Under the pieces are notes generated by a model. That model saw only the letters and a list, made by a program, of their open reading frames with translations. It was not told where the DNA came from and did not search any database. A stretch of DNA of 64,000 nucleotides from Phoronis australis. Its lineage: Eukaryota > Animalia > Phoronida. This document shows, in pieces, positions 36,032-50,585 of the stretch (its first letter is position 1; every line of letters begins with the position of its first letter). Made by a program: the position numbers and the translations under genes. The DNA lies in the NCBI GenBank assembly GCA_002633005.1, contig NMRA01000270.1, forward strand, positions 62,001-126,000, given 5' to 3'.

Positions 36032-38713
36032 ATATATTTGATTATTGCCCAAGTCATCTGCTCAAAAGAATATTTCACCAATGATGGGGTAAGGTACTCG
36101 TATTCTGGAACAGCATCAAGTAACTGTTTATTGGATCAGGTTGGCAACCTCAACCTCTAGGCCGCATAATTCACGCTGGGGCAGCTGGCCAGGAAGGAAC
36201 TTACTCAATCACACACCTATCAACTAAAAAGTTTGTATATTCAGTTTATTTGGCACACCTCAACTATCAGGGAAATAATTTTATTTTGAGGGAAAAAGTA
36301 GAGAATTGCTATAATTCTTTAAGCCAATAAATCATTTCTGCAGTAACAAGATGAAAACAATTTTATAACAGTACGTGGTCTCAATCCAAAGCAGATATGC
36401 GTTCAAACGCTTAGGACCTACGCTAGCTAAAATCTAGCCAAAGTCATGTTTTCTCATTAAAAATTCACGGCAATATCTCAAAGTCTTGCTTTTTAGCAAG
36501 GTCCTAGCATCACTGAAAGGTAGCCAGTCAGACAGATGTGAGTCCACTGTACCAGTAAGGTACAGTTATATTAAAAACTGCGGCTGAACACCTCTTCCTA
36601 AAAATTAAGGGTTACCATTAGTCTGACATAGTCCAGTTTGAAAATTTCATTCTAGCCTCAAAACCAAGATCACGCACTTACATAATGGGTACATCTATTT
36701 TCAGAAATTCCTGTTAAGATCGCTAAATAAATAATTATTTTTATTTTCAGTAAACCTATTTAGTAAGGCATACTAAAATTGACCCAGCCTTGGACAGTAC
36801 TTCAGGATCACTCAAACCAACATGCCTTCATTGAAATAGTATTGTGAGCACTGAAAACAAGAGTAGAATAGATCCTCACTAGAAACCAACATGCAGAAAA
36901 CATGAATGTTTCGCTCTGGTACACACTGTCCTAATCCTTTACAAAGGCAGGACTTTAATGCAGATAATCCTATTAATACACACCTGATCAAGGCTGGGAA
37001 CTGGGACCACAGACTGGTATTGAACAAACATCCACAGAGGCTGAATGGACTGGTTTAGGTTAATTTTAAGTAACTTTCATAAGATTTTGAACATACTCTC
37101 ACACAGAAAATTGAATGCAACAAATGTTTTTCAACTTGTCAAACAAGTGTAGACATTTTGACGAATTCAGCAACAAAAAGTTGGTTGAATGGTTTCATCT
37201 TCAACATGGCTTGTTCTGAACTTGAAACGAAACAAACTTTTGGTGGAATTCTGAGCATTTTAGCAATGTGACCAGTCACTGAAAACAGGAAAGTTGCAAT
37301 CTCGACATGTATCTATTTATGAAATTGGTGATTACTGTAAATGTTCTTTTGTATACCCTGCATCAGATTGCTACACAATGCATCCCACGATAAAAGTCGG
37401 AAATGCCCACATTTTGAGAACCAGTTTTCTTCACTGAATAACAGGCATCAAACTGGTTCTTAAAATCTATTGCTGCTCCTGACAATTGAAGCACTGAGGA
37501 AAATATTACCACTGTTTTATCAGGATGACTTCTGTGTGGTAATACCAAATGCTTATTAATTCTAAACAAACACATTTTTAGAAAGCTACTGGACATATAT
37601 AGGGAAGCTTTTGAACAGTTCTCAACCACAAGTCTTTCCTTTTCTATTGTAGACGTAGAAAAACAGTTAAAAGATTGGTTTAGTTTACAAAATGTATTAC
37701 AGCTAACACACTTTTGAGCTGAGTCGGAAATTTATTGCGTCTCACTAAGCTTTTTCTATGTGCATCGCAAGGGTTGAACCTTAAAATTGACTTCAGAAAT
37801 GACAAATTACAAACTAATCTAATGCAAGAGTGATTACCACAGCAGCAGACTGTACTGGGCCACTGGGAAATTGCCTCATGGATGAGCAACATTGTGGGTT
37901 AATACTATAGAATCACAGATGGCGCTGTAGTATTCCGCGAAGTGGCTTAGTTCAAAGATTGGAACAGCTTGCAAATATGATTAATGGAGTCTCCAGATCT
38001 GATTACTCTCCACTTGACTACTGTATACACCTGCTCAGGTATGTCAATGATGACTAAGATAATTACTGTAGACTGCTTCAGGACAGGTGATTCTCAGGCT
38101 GCGCAGTGTGATTTCATTTGCACAGGAAAAATATGCATTAATGACAAGCTTGAAATTCACTTTGTGTCAAAATCGACCACCTTGTATAGGTGCATGCATG
38201 CAGGTAATCGCGTGCGACCCAGATGCCACAAATGACCCCCTGCAGTGAACAACTTCTGATCTCTGAGTCTCTTTCATCATTACCACCTTGTAAATATTGA
38301 ATCTACAATTAACATGAACAAAAATTCTAGTCTGAACCCTTATCAATTTCGCTCTCATAAAAAAGCAAAATGAGCGTTACTAAGATTTTTCAATGGGTTA
38401 CAAATAGTAAAAATTCATCTAATAGTAGTTTTGAACCAAGTGACATGTCAAGACAGCTACCTCAGAGCAACTTGTCGAAGAGTATTGTATGTAAAGTCAA
38501 CAGGTTGAGAAATTCAAGTCAATGAAAACAAAGGTAGTGAAAAAGGTCCACACCTTTACTGCAAGTTTGGCAGCAGAGGTTAAAAAGAATGCAATATTTT
38601 GATAAACTCACCTTCTTGGCTTCTCATGAGATGAATAAATAACATCAATGTTCCAAATGACAAGCAATTGTGACAGAATGAATGTTCATAGCTGGCGAAG
38701 CTACATAGTGTAG

Positions 38714-38765
38714 AGGATAGAGTAGTTACCTAGGTCAACAAACACAAGGGTAACTACTCTATCCT
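38714..38765. repeat. Perfect 17-bp inverted repeat with an 18-nt spacer
   Basis: AGGATAGAGTAGTTACC / GGTAACTACTCTATCCT. Confidence 0.8.
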
Positions 38766-39494
38766 ACAGACACCAATTAAAACAACCACTGAAAGGAATA
38801 GCATTTGCTTAACCATAAAAATTAATTTTCAAGACAACAAAAAACAAACAAAATTTTCAAGGTAACAGGAACCTGAATTAGCAAAGCCAGAAAGGTTTTA
38901 TATGAGAAATGACTAATTAGGTAGTAAATTTATTGCTTCAAAACATTTATTGATCTGTACTGATTTAACAATCTTATGTTCCAGAGAAACCAAGAGAAGA
39001 TATCTATTGGTCATGGGCATGAATCAGTTGAGAAAATTTTGCAAAGAAGCTTATGGCCAATGGTTACAGGTTTTTATCACTAATATATGTGCCAGCTAAG
39101 ATTGTTGGGATAGGAATTATTATTGAAATGTATCCCTGCTACAGTATTAGTTGCCAAATAGGGTACATATACATCTTACTGATTGTGCAAATAGTGGGTA
39201 CCCTATGTTTGGCCTGAGTGAATGACTGGACATTCCACTGAGATTTTGATAGGGATAAGGGGGATAAATGCTAAGATGTCACAATACGGTGGAGAGCTAT
39301 CATGAACCCTTTAAATGGCTGAGCACCATAACAAGAGGCTCATTTGAGCTTCTACAATGCAGGCCAAAAATAATCAGACAAAACAACCAGTAATTCCCTG
39401 CCGTGGAGGCTGAGGTCTACTAGCAGAATTCACCACCAGAATGACACTCAGGCCAGCTTATGACAGGTCATTTACCCATGATGATGGCGGATGG

Positions 39495-39972
39495 CAGGCC
39501 TTTATCCAGGATTTTGAAAATAGGGTGTCCAAAATGGGGTTCCCAATATTCCATGGCGTCCATGATTCCGACGCGTAACCCCCCACCCCAGCAATACCCC
39601 CAAACACACACATTTTTTTTAATAAAAAAATGCATAGATCAAGGTTTTTACATCTAAGTTTATAAAACAGCCTTCTATGGTGAGCGTTTTTACTAAAAAA
39701 AAATGTGTAGACCAAGACTTTTACAATGCTGTCAATCAAGTGTCAAAATAGCAACATATACTTTGTATATACATTGTATATTTCTTCCTGCTTTAAAAAG
39801 GAGCCCCCACTGTAAGCCTTCAGAGGCTTCCTAGTATTCATTACATTGTGTGAGTCCAAACTTGAAAGGTTAGTGGGCGTCCAACTGATACGTTGGGGTC
39901 CTTGCCAGAGTGTCCAGATTAGTGCTAGCGCGTCCATTTGGACGCCCAGGACGTACGCTGCATAAAGGCCTG
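39495..39972. mobile_element. hAT-type MITE
   Basis: 11-bp TIR CAGGCCTTTAT / ATAAAGGCCTG with 8-bp TSD GCGGATGG / GCAGATGG (7 of 8 match). Confidence 0.78.
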
Positions 39973-40278
39973 GCAGATGGCGGAAACAATATTTTGTCAG
40001 ATTACTTTTGGCTTGTACTGTTTGAAAAGGCAACCCTATCATGAACGTTATTAATATGACATAGCCGTATAATGTATGTACACCAACAAAAGGAGTTATT
40101 TATTGAAATAAAATTTAATCGAAACAACCATTTGCAATACAATATTTTAGTTAGTCAACAAGGCCATCGAGTGGACTCATTTGAGGCAATGTTATCAGCA
40201 GAAGCACTTTTGTATGAAAAACTAACCAACATAAGGGCGACACATCCACCACCAACACAAGTGCTACTTCACTATGAG

Positions 40279-40909
40279 CACAGGCGTCCTCAGATTCTGA
40301 TCGTCTCCAATCCAATACACTAGATATACTACAAGGTATGACACTCGGGACTAGGAATTATATGAGTGCTTCACTTCAGCGGTCCATATCAAACACATAA
40401 CTTAATAAATTTACACAAGGCAGGGGTTCAACAAACCATGAGCAATTGTTCTTTCTTCCGATAGTGTTTATGGTGTCCTGCTCCAGTGAGTTCCCAACAA
40501 ATTCGTGGTCGAAGCACAAAAATCTTCCCAAAATGCGACTGCGTACTGTCAATGTGTCAAACGGAAATTACCGATATGTCACGGAAAGTCACAACATCGT
40601 AATCTTCCGTGATAAACCAGCAATTGCCGTCCATCCTTAACTCATCGGATAATTCCGTACTGGAACATTGACAGTACGCAGCGACTTTTGGGGAAGAATT
40701 TTGTGCTTTGACCGCAAATTTGATGCGAACTTGCTGGAGCAGGACACTGTAAATGCTATCAGAAGAAAGAACAATTGTTCATGGTTTGCTGAACCCCAGT
40801 TTTGTGTAAATTCATAGTTTTGTGTTTGATACGGATGACTGAAATGAATTCCTTGTCCTGAGTGTCATACCTTGTAGTATATATATATAAGAAGCTGAGG
40901 ACGCCTGTG
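40279..40909. mobile_element. Foldback element with ~280-bp inverted arms and a perfect 8-bp TSD (P/Galileo- or hAT-related)
   Basis: Termini CACAGGCGTCCTCAG / CTGAGGACGCCTGTG. TSD ACTATGAG at 40271-40278 and 40910-40917. Arms pair inward to ~40575 / 40645. Confidence 0.85.
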
Positions 40910-41512
40910 ACTATGAGGAACAAAGACAACTAGTGACTGCAAACAACAGCACCCCTGGTGTTGTCGATAGTCAATCAAAAATAATAAGCTTAGCACAAGC
41001 ACAACTTCACAAATATTCAATCAACATCTCCAATATCAATTAGGGACTATGGTAATCCACACCTACATCAGACCAAGTTAATAACAGTGATCCACAACAG
41101 ATCAACAAATGGCGTCAGTGTCTGCATACTTTAAAAGTACTTGTTATGAACTGAAAGCTCCAGTTGTCAGAAGATAATTAAAAAGTACATATAGAAAGAG
41201 AGAAACAATCATAAAAAACATACATTGTTATATGACTGGGTGACCAGCAAAGGCACGGGGCCGTTGATAGCTCACCACCAAGTAACAGTACATTAATTAA
41301 ATTAAGTACACTGTCTTCTGCAACAAAACAATTAAAAAACGGTACCTTTTCATTTGTCCCATGAACAAATGGTGAAATATCGTTCTAAAGCTATGCTCAG
41401 ACAAATGACTACGGCAACTTAGTTCACACAGCATCACAACAAACTGGTGTCAAAGCAACAGGACCAGGCATGGTGCAATCAATCAAATAGTGCTCTGGCA
41501 GGCTCTACAGTG

Positions 41513-42580
41513 AACAAGAGTTGAAATGCACCCTATTGACAGCACCACACATGGTATGCTTTAAGGCGTATTTATTAACACTGTGTAACATTTCTTGATT
41601 AATATGGACACTACGATTTTGAAAATCACCCACTTGTCAAAAAATCTGTCAAGCCATCAACATCTTGTAGAAAACTGAAGTGTCCAACAGGGGGTGCTAC
41701 GGTTGTCAAATCTCTGAAAATCAACTAGAGCTGGCTCAACCTAGCTTATAAACCCTGACTTCTCAAGCCACGTTGACAATAATCAAAGGACAAGAAACAA
41801 ATTATTAAAAACAACAGAAGTCAATTTGACCGAAAATCATCACTGCCCACACATACCCTTCAAACTTGTGTCATTATGTTGATAAAAAACTGTCAAACCA
41901 ACAGGGGATGCCGCAGCAGAAAATCTGTCCAAAAGTCGACTTGTGGCAGGAAATCTAAGTGTAAACATTGAAGTCATAGTTTAGTCAAAATAACAATAAT
42001 CAACTAACACGCAAATCTAAATGCAAAAATGAAATTGCCAAAAGTGGTGATAGGGTATTCAATTCTGTCTGCAATGCAAATGGTACTGGTAAATTCCCAC
42101 CACATATACCTCTGCATGACCTTTTACCAAAATACATCAAGTCATTTCACCAAACATTGTTAACAAAGATATGTTTTAGAAATACAACAATCTGTATTTA
42201 AAGCCTAAAAAATGTAGAAAGTTCTATGAAGTTTGAGTTGCCATCATTAACTAAAATGGCCAACAGGGGTGCCACTTTAGTTGAATCTGTGCGTAAATCA
42301 ACTGCTGATGTTGCATCCCACCAAATACCTGTGTTAAGTTGTCACATCGTTTCACCAAAAATTGACAGACAAGGAATTTCTTGCCAAAAATTAAAATGGC
42401 CAACAGGAGGTGCTACAGTAGATGAATCCCTCCAAAACAACGACCAGTGCTAGCACATTCCTATCACACCATTGTGTGTCAAATTTCACCAAGATCCGAG
42501 AAGTGGTTTTCGAGATAACCAACAGACAAGCAAAGGTAATATCGAACACACAGCATGCTGACAACATGTGATGACAATAT
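41513..42580 (-). mobile_element. Old, degenerate HINE-like element with CCAACAGGRGG repeat cores
   Basis: Begins AACAAGAG. Cores at ~41684, 41898, 42260 and 42400. AAATTTCACCAAGATCC...GGTTTTCGAGATA resembles the monomer tail of the 18853 element. Confidence 0.5.
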
Positions 42581-45500
42581 TTTTGAGGGCCCCATAAGAA
42601 GTGAAAGAAATCGAATTTAATTAAAAGCTATCCATTCTCACATAAAACAATACTGGATCCAAAACAATGTCGATTAATGCCATTGCACTCCAGCTGGAAT
42701 GACTGAATCATGCCTCCCCCTGAACCTTGACAATTGTATACATATTCTCATTGAAAAAATAACACCACTAAGATTTAACAAGTGACCAAGTTTTTGTCAC
42801 TCAGTTTATAACACTGTATGCACAACAATCTTTCCAAGCCTGACTAGGTACAAATTCTCTCATGGAATGAGGGCATTTAGTCCCTGATTCCTTGACGAAA
42901 TCATTGATTTTCACAATTTTTCATGATTTTAACAAACACTTTTAATTGATTACGAAATACAATTGTAAAATGTGTAACCTGAAATCATGATTTATTCATA
43001 TTCAAGAAAAATTAACAAGTTCTGAAGTCAAGCTTTAACTGCCAAGTTATTTCATAAATAATTCCCTAAACAACAAGTCTAAATAATGAAGTTTAATACT
43101 TGGCTTGTTACGTGACATTACAGCTTGTTATGTAACATTACAAGGAAAGTGCATAATTTGAAAAAATTCAAACAAAGAGACAACAAAAAAATATTTCCAA
43201 AGTCTGTCTCCAAAAAGTGTAAAAACAACATGTAACGGTGCGCAAACTGAAAACGGAAAAATGATAGACAAAGTTCCTGTTTGATCTGACAGCACTCATT
43301 GTTCTAGACAGTCGTAAAATTCAATAAAATGATTATAGTTGTGCTAATTATAAATACAGTAAAGCAGGTTGGCTTACCAGTTAGTAAGTAATGTAAATCC
43401 ACTTGTTAACTCTTCTTATTGATCGCACATGAGGGAATCAATAGACTAAGTAAGTTTTAATAAGTTCACAAACACATTAAGTGTTTGCTGACTTACACTA
43501 ATCAATTCTGTGGCCAGTGTTTATCTAAAAACCCAGACTGCATTGAATTAAATTCATAAACAACACAGGCATCATAAAAATATTACGCAATGTGATATCT
43601 ATATATATAGATATAGATATATACCTGTGGAGTAATGCGTTTTATGTACTAAGTTTTAAATAAGCATCACTACATCTGATGAAAATAATACATTTGAAAA
43701 CAAACCAATACACCAGATGAATTTTAAAAATATTGTACAATCCCCCCAATTTAGGACAGAGTATGGCTGACAAGTGAAATTCTACTTTATTTGTTCATAA
43801 ATGATCAGTAACATCAAATAAAGGCTATATCATTTTAAAGGTCTATACCAAAGCTATCATCCGATAATGATTCTGAGACGTAGGCAAAGCCTTTTAAAAA
43901 TCAAATGAAAATTTTCAATTATTTTTGCCCAAAATTGGTGAGATTTTACCCCATTGCTATTGGCCAGTTCGCCCTTTGCCGGACCCTGAATAATGTCAGT
44001 TAGTTCAGGGAGTGACGCTCAAACAATGCACCACTTGGGGGCCTGGATGACAAAATTGTCCAACATCGAAATTCCCAATGCAAAAGTCTGTGAACTTCAG
44101 ACAACCTAGCTGCAATTAGTTCTACCATGGTCTCCCATTTGGCTAGTAGCCATATTGCCTTTGGAACAAAAACTGGAGCACCTCATTATAAATAATATCC
44201 GATATTAATCTTGCGCAGCTCTACCTGCAACCTTAAGCAGCAAATGGTCAGAAAAAGTTGTAATTTCTACAACAAAAGATGTTGAATTGAATGTTTTAAC
44301 AAATAAAATTAAACATCATATACCTGAAATCAAACACCTCTCCAATAAAGCAGAATAGCCAAATAACCTCTACCCCAAATTTTCAATTTTGGTAAACATT
44401 TAGATTAACACCCATAATCATCAACACTCACTTCCCAAGTAATGTGCAATATATGAATTGTAATATTGCTCAGCTGCAGTTATAGTCACAAGAGTAAAAA
44501 GCTAAATATACCAACTGTGTGTACCCAAGACCAGTGGTCCAACAGGTCACTTGGAAAGCCTATGTTCAACTGACACAGGAACCAGCTGCCAGTGGATTAC
44601 GTACATACATACCATCACTGGCGCCATTATGCACTGTACACCAAATACACCCCAGCACTCCACTCTCACCAAGTTGAGTATGAGATGGAGGGGGAGAGGT
44701 GCAGTAATGATTAGCAACCACTCAACACAAGGGGGAAAATCAGAGAGATGGTTTACTTAAATTTAAAGTCGTCAAATACAAACAAAAACCAAATTAGAAC
44801 CATGTGATATTAGCAGATATGTATAGACAGGTCCTCTCCCCCCCCCCCCATTTGTGACCGACCCATAACCCTCAGTACATTTTGGTTTGACCTCAAGCAC
44901 ACTGACTATAATGAAGTTTGGTCTTCAACTTTGTTGAGCAATGAAAGGCTGTATCTGGAAAAAAGTTTGATGAGTATTTGTCTGGAATCTCTATGAAACC
45001 CTTAAAAAAGCCTGTCTAACAGACTCATGAGAGCTTTAATTCCTAATAAGTGTGCAACTCATGGCTTTCATCAGAGCTAGGAATTAATATGAGATCCAAG
45101 TAAAAGTTTCAGCATAACCTTGCCTTGATTATTTGTGCAGAAAATACCCAGTCTCGTGCTCTTTACTGAAGGAGACATGAAATGGTTCTTTTAACTCATG
45201 AGCATTCCACAACCTCACTGAATGAGCTCTACAACTGATCTCATTAATTGCATGTACTCCAGTGAGTACAAAAAGGCCATTTCCATGAACAGCCCTTGAC
45301 TAACTTTCATCAATCTATTAGTTGTTGCGTCATGTGACCATGTCTTTTTAGTTAAATCTAGCAAAAAAAATGTGCATTGATAGGAAAACAACGGTATCAA
45401 TAATGTGATCAAATTTTATTTGATAGCAATGTTCAAGGTGAGGTATCAAAGACACTGTTACAGATTTTTAAAGTATCATTTCATTTTTGTTGTATGCAAC

Positions 45501-48500
45501 TTTTAAGATTTTTCATGAAAATCATAAAAGCTATATTTTTGATAGCCACTCATGCTTAAACGGAACATTTCAAAACAAATATTATCAGCGTTTTTGATAA
45601 TAGTCCACAAAGCAGAGTAGTCGAAAGTGTCACATGAATCCAACCCTGATCAGTCATAGCTGACATAAAATGTTCCGAAGGCAGCCATGCTTGGCCATAT
45701 TTTTATAGAGACTTACATAAAAAAAAACTTGAAGGTGGTTTCATGGTTTCAAACAGACAGTTCGTTAGGCTCAACAAGCTTGTCTTGGCATGTCATATTA
45801 TGGCCTGAGCACTCTCAAGGAATCATGATCTGTCAGTTCTTAGCAGACTCAGAAATTACTTCTCGTCTGAATAAGGATCAGATTGAGACCAATTTTACAA
45901 TGGTCGAGTAAAATGCGACAAAATCAGACGTGCTGCATCTTGGCGTGAACCTGTAGACACAGTGAACATCAGTCTTCATAAAATTCCAGGAGACAATCAA
46001 AAAGGGTAGTCAGAAAGGTAACATGGAAGGAAACTTGAGTGTCAATCAGAAGAGCTGACCTAGATGGTTACCTGTGGTACAGGAGTGGCGATAGTGGTGC
46101 TGGCGATGGAGTATACCACAAACAATATCCAACCTTGACCACACACTCATGGGAACCACTTAAACACTACAACTTTAGTTTAAGCATTAATCCTAATAAC
46201 CCGCACCTGTAACAATAAACTGCACTCATCAAGCCATCAGTAGAAGCTCTAGGAAGAAGTTGAGTCAAATGATGGCTATAGGTTGTAATTGAATCTGGAG
46301 AACACCTTGTACAGTGTGAATCTCCCCTGGACGAGGGAGAAATAAACCAATACCAGACTTCTGTGATGTCATCAACTGTAATCAGAACAGCAGAGACCCT
46401 GAAGCTGCCACGCCTTCCAATCCTGATTCAGTTAAGGCTTAACCTTAGATACCAAGTAACAGTTAGAATTAAATTTCAGAACTTCAGGAGAAAATACATT
46501 CACAGCTTTCGAAACGAGGAATATTTCCAGATCAATTACTTCGATTTCCAAAAATTCCAGGTGGAATTTTGAAATTTGGTCAACACCAGGAAGCCGAATG
46601 CGAAAAACAACATCCCAAAATTGCTGCTGGGGTTGTGGTTTCTGAAATTTCATCAAATTCTCAGTCCAAATTTCCCAAGTGACAGAATTTCTAATACTTG
46701 TGATCACAAAATTTCTGACCCGAGGGAATTTCATGATCGAACTGGGCTCAGCATTAAATCAATGCCAGCATCACCTACCGACTTTACTCCTAAAGTTTAA
46801 AAACATGATTGACCTTTCAGGAAGAGTGTAATCTACTAATGCGTGTAATGACCCAACGCTACGATTCCAACTCATTTACAAATACCTCTCGTTTGGCATC
46901 AACTCCATATGACAGAAGTTTCCAAAATCCAGATATCAATCTAGTTCATAATTAAGTATTAATTGTCTAGCCATATGTCCCACATCAGAACTCCCCCGTC
47001 AATTATCTACCAGGATGAACACATTGAGGTGAACATACTCATACCGATGGAAGTACTGGTGAACAAATCTAATCCCATTACATCAACTTGGGTCAATTTT
47101 TATCATATTTCTTTGGGGGAAAATGAGCTTTTCCCTGATGAATTCAATTTTAAAAGATGAACAGTTAAAGCAATGCATCACTCCAATGTACGATAATGCC
47201 ATTTATTTCAGCCATGCAGTGTTTCTTGCTGTTTACTCATCACTCTGCAGTGTACAATTGGAACTTATTAGATCAGTATTCATGAAAAGGCAAATTGACT
47301 ATGTCAGTGTTCTTGTACAAACCTATAGACAAATAAGATGCAAACACGCAAACTTAATTTTTAATGCAACGCAACAACAAAATCATCGTAAAACATGTCA
47401 CAAAGTTCAACATTGCTTACTCCTAGGTTTTTTATATGATTGACAGCATGCAAGGTAACCTACTATATGTTGTCCATATGTAGAAAATAATTCTATTGAA
47501 GTCTATTGACTAAAAGTCAAAAGTATTGGGGTCTCAATTAAGGCATGATTCAAGTCATTTCTAACATGCACCTGTCCACAATATAAATATGGTTTATAAA
47601 TCACCTTTTTGCAATTACCATACTAGTATAGGTTCATGCCCTGGGTGCTTAAATAGGGAAATAAAAACAGAAATTTTTGGCATTCATCAAAATAAAGCAC
47701 TATTTATCCTACCACACTGCCTAATATGCCCATGCAGCTGCCTAGAAAATGCAGCGCACACAGCAAGGTTCTGCACTTCATACATCAGACCATGCCTTCA
47801 GTCAGCAACAATCACGGTCTCTCCTCATCTTGTTCCGGATTCAGACTAGAAAAGATTTCTATGTTAGAGAAGAACTGAAAGTTCTTACTTAATTCCTTAT
47901 AGTTAATAATAGTCATGGTGACTGGGGTAGTCCTCGAGTAATTTAGGAAGTAATGGCTGTCAGGGAATTCCAGGTGATTTACTTTACCTAATCTCAATTC
48001 AAACATAGGATAGGAACGCAATGACACTGCTTTGGAAGTGCAAATATGCCTATGTAGAAAGCTGATGTTTTTAACATCAGAATACGCTTCACAGCGGCAA
48101 AATTAATGATAGCTGAATCATTCAGGTAGAGATGATGGCAATACGCTCCCACATATGTACATTGCCACTAACTGCAGGGAGCCAGCTTCACGTAGTAGGC
48201 CCACCACGAAATGGACCCCAGATGTTATTTCTCCGGTAACCAAGCTCTTAACATCATTATCGTGGGATGGACTATAAAACGTACATCAGCTTTACTTTAC
48301 CAAACAGGTCAACAAGCATTTCCCGTAAATTAATACGCTTATTTATCCAGAAAGCATATCATTAGTGAATAGCAGGTACGTAAATCCTTTTGCAGGTTCT
48401 GTGCCCAGTTCACTGGTCAGCGATATATCACTTTCTCACTTTGGCGAAACACTGCTGTACCGTAACTGATTTTGAAATTTGTAAAAAATTTCTTCTAACT

Positions 48501-50585
48501 TGGGCTGTATAAAATATTGTTATGACATGTCTTGATTTGTAATTGGAAGAAAGTTTGACACAGTAGACATTGTTCTGAAATATATATCTGCAAGGGTTCT
48601 ATAAAATGACCTGTATATTAAAGACTGGCCAGACCGTACACAAGCAAATCTTGAGTTGTAATATAGTGCGCTTGTCAATGCTGAGATCAGTTCAAGCAAC
48701 ATGAGCAATTGTTCCACTTTACCATTTTCAGGTGCCTAACAAGACTCTCATCCCTTGCCTGCAGTGTAGACCCTGCACAGATATTCAGTTGTTTCAATAG
48801 TATGCAAACAAAGTCACATCATTCACTCGCAAGTAACAGTCTGGCCACTTTACTACAGATATCCTTCCAAGTTAGTTGAGCTGACTTAAGCACCCGATCA
48901 AACCGCTATCAACACATGACATTTTGTCGATAGTTTTGCATCTAATACGACAGTTGTATGACTGCAAGACACGACATCTTTCCAAAACATTAACTGATTG
49001 GTCGTTAGTTCATTCTGTACATCGTCTGGCAGCAGGGACTCATCTAGCGCAGTCGTGGCTGGGATGGTCAGTTTTAAAAAATGACAGCTTGGACGGCATA
49101 GCCAAGACAGAAAAAAGACAGCCTGTTTCAAGACAACTTTGGCGAAAACGATGGCAAAATAAAGAATTTTGAATTTTTGATTAAAAAAATTCATTGAAAC
49201 CTACAATCCATCATTTTAGTTCAATAAATATTCAGACTTAACTCAAAATTACACACAATTGCCATCTATTACATACAGTAACTATAAATGTCACAATGAC
49301 AGTGGGAAATTCTACTGGCAGTCAGGTCTTGGAGGGGAATACCTTCGTTCTGTGATGTCTGGGTGAACTCATACGGAATCCTCCGCATAGCGAGTGTCAA
49401 GAAATATTGTATAGCCATCACTAACTGCTCGTACATGGACACTTTGAAATTGAAGTACACAAACCCTAAGTGCAAAGGATTTGCCATACCCCTAACATTA
49501 GGGCCCATAATGCTAGTTACCAAAACGGAAATTAAAGGGGCAGCCAATTTGCAATAGGAGAACATACACGTTGAAAAATATACCCCAAAATTCTAGGACT
49601 GACCTGCTATCAATGTCGCTGAACATGCAAACCAGATAAAACTAAGAGCATTACTTCCTTAATTTATTCGCGAAGTTCCGGAGATATTCAAATGAATAAA
49701 TAAAAAAACTTGTCAAAAATCCACCCAGGCCAAAAAACGTTTATTGATGCGCGAGAATGCAGTGCAAACTTGACGAGAAGAAAAATGATGCCTAATGTTG
49801 GTTACGTATTCAATGACTAACATGAAAGTAATAATAAAAGCCTCAAAATACTTCAACTTTTTGTGGAATTCCTTATTGGGCGATTCAAGTTTGCCCTGTG
49901 CGTGGCACTTTGTTCTGTATATGGAAAAAATAGGTCAGCCAATCACAGGCACAGCACCTGTTACTTCAGTTGTGACCAGGCCGGGATTTCGCACCAAAAT
50001 TGCAAGAAAAGAATGGTTCTTTTAAAGACTAAATTTATTGTAGCATAGTCTGAAAGATTGTGGATGACAATGGGCATGGTGTCAATTTTAACATAACGTC
50101 CATTTATAATGCACTGTAGAAGATGTTAACAAAACGACGTCCCAGCGATAACTGGCGACGCCCGAAGCTTAATTCCAGGCGACTCCAAATGGCGAGTAAA
50201 GCACTCGGAAATACGAGTGAAAATGTAGAACGAGTGTCAAATTCAAACACGGTGTTCCGGAGTTGATTGTCACCTTTTATAACACCAAATCCAGGTATAC
50301 AAGTGCGACTGCAAATATGCTGTCGCTACAATATTTTCGAGCGGAGATTTTCGCCTGTCCAGAGCTGGTGGACCTCAGCTGTGAATTTGTTGAGGATATA
50401 CATTCGCTTGTCCACTGTAGACTTCTGAATTGCAGTACTATGAAGTGTAATGAATGGTGTTGTATTCAAGGATGTATTTTTTCAATTCCTTTTGAATACA
50501 ATTTCTTTGTTTTCATCATAAGTTTAAATTATCTTTCTGAACTGCATTAAGGTAATATACTTCTCCATGATAGCAAGTAGCAGCT

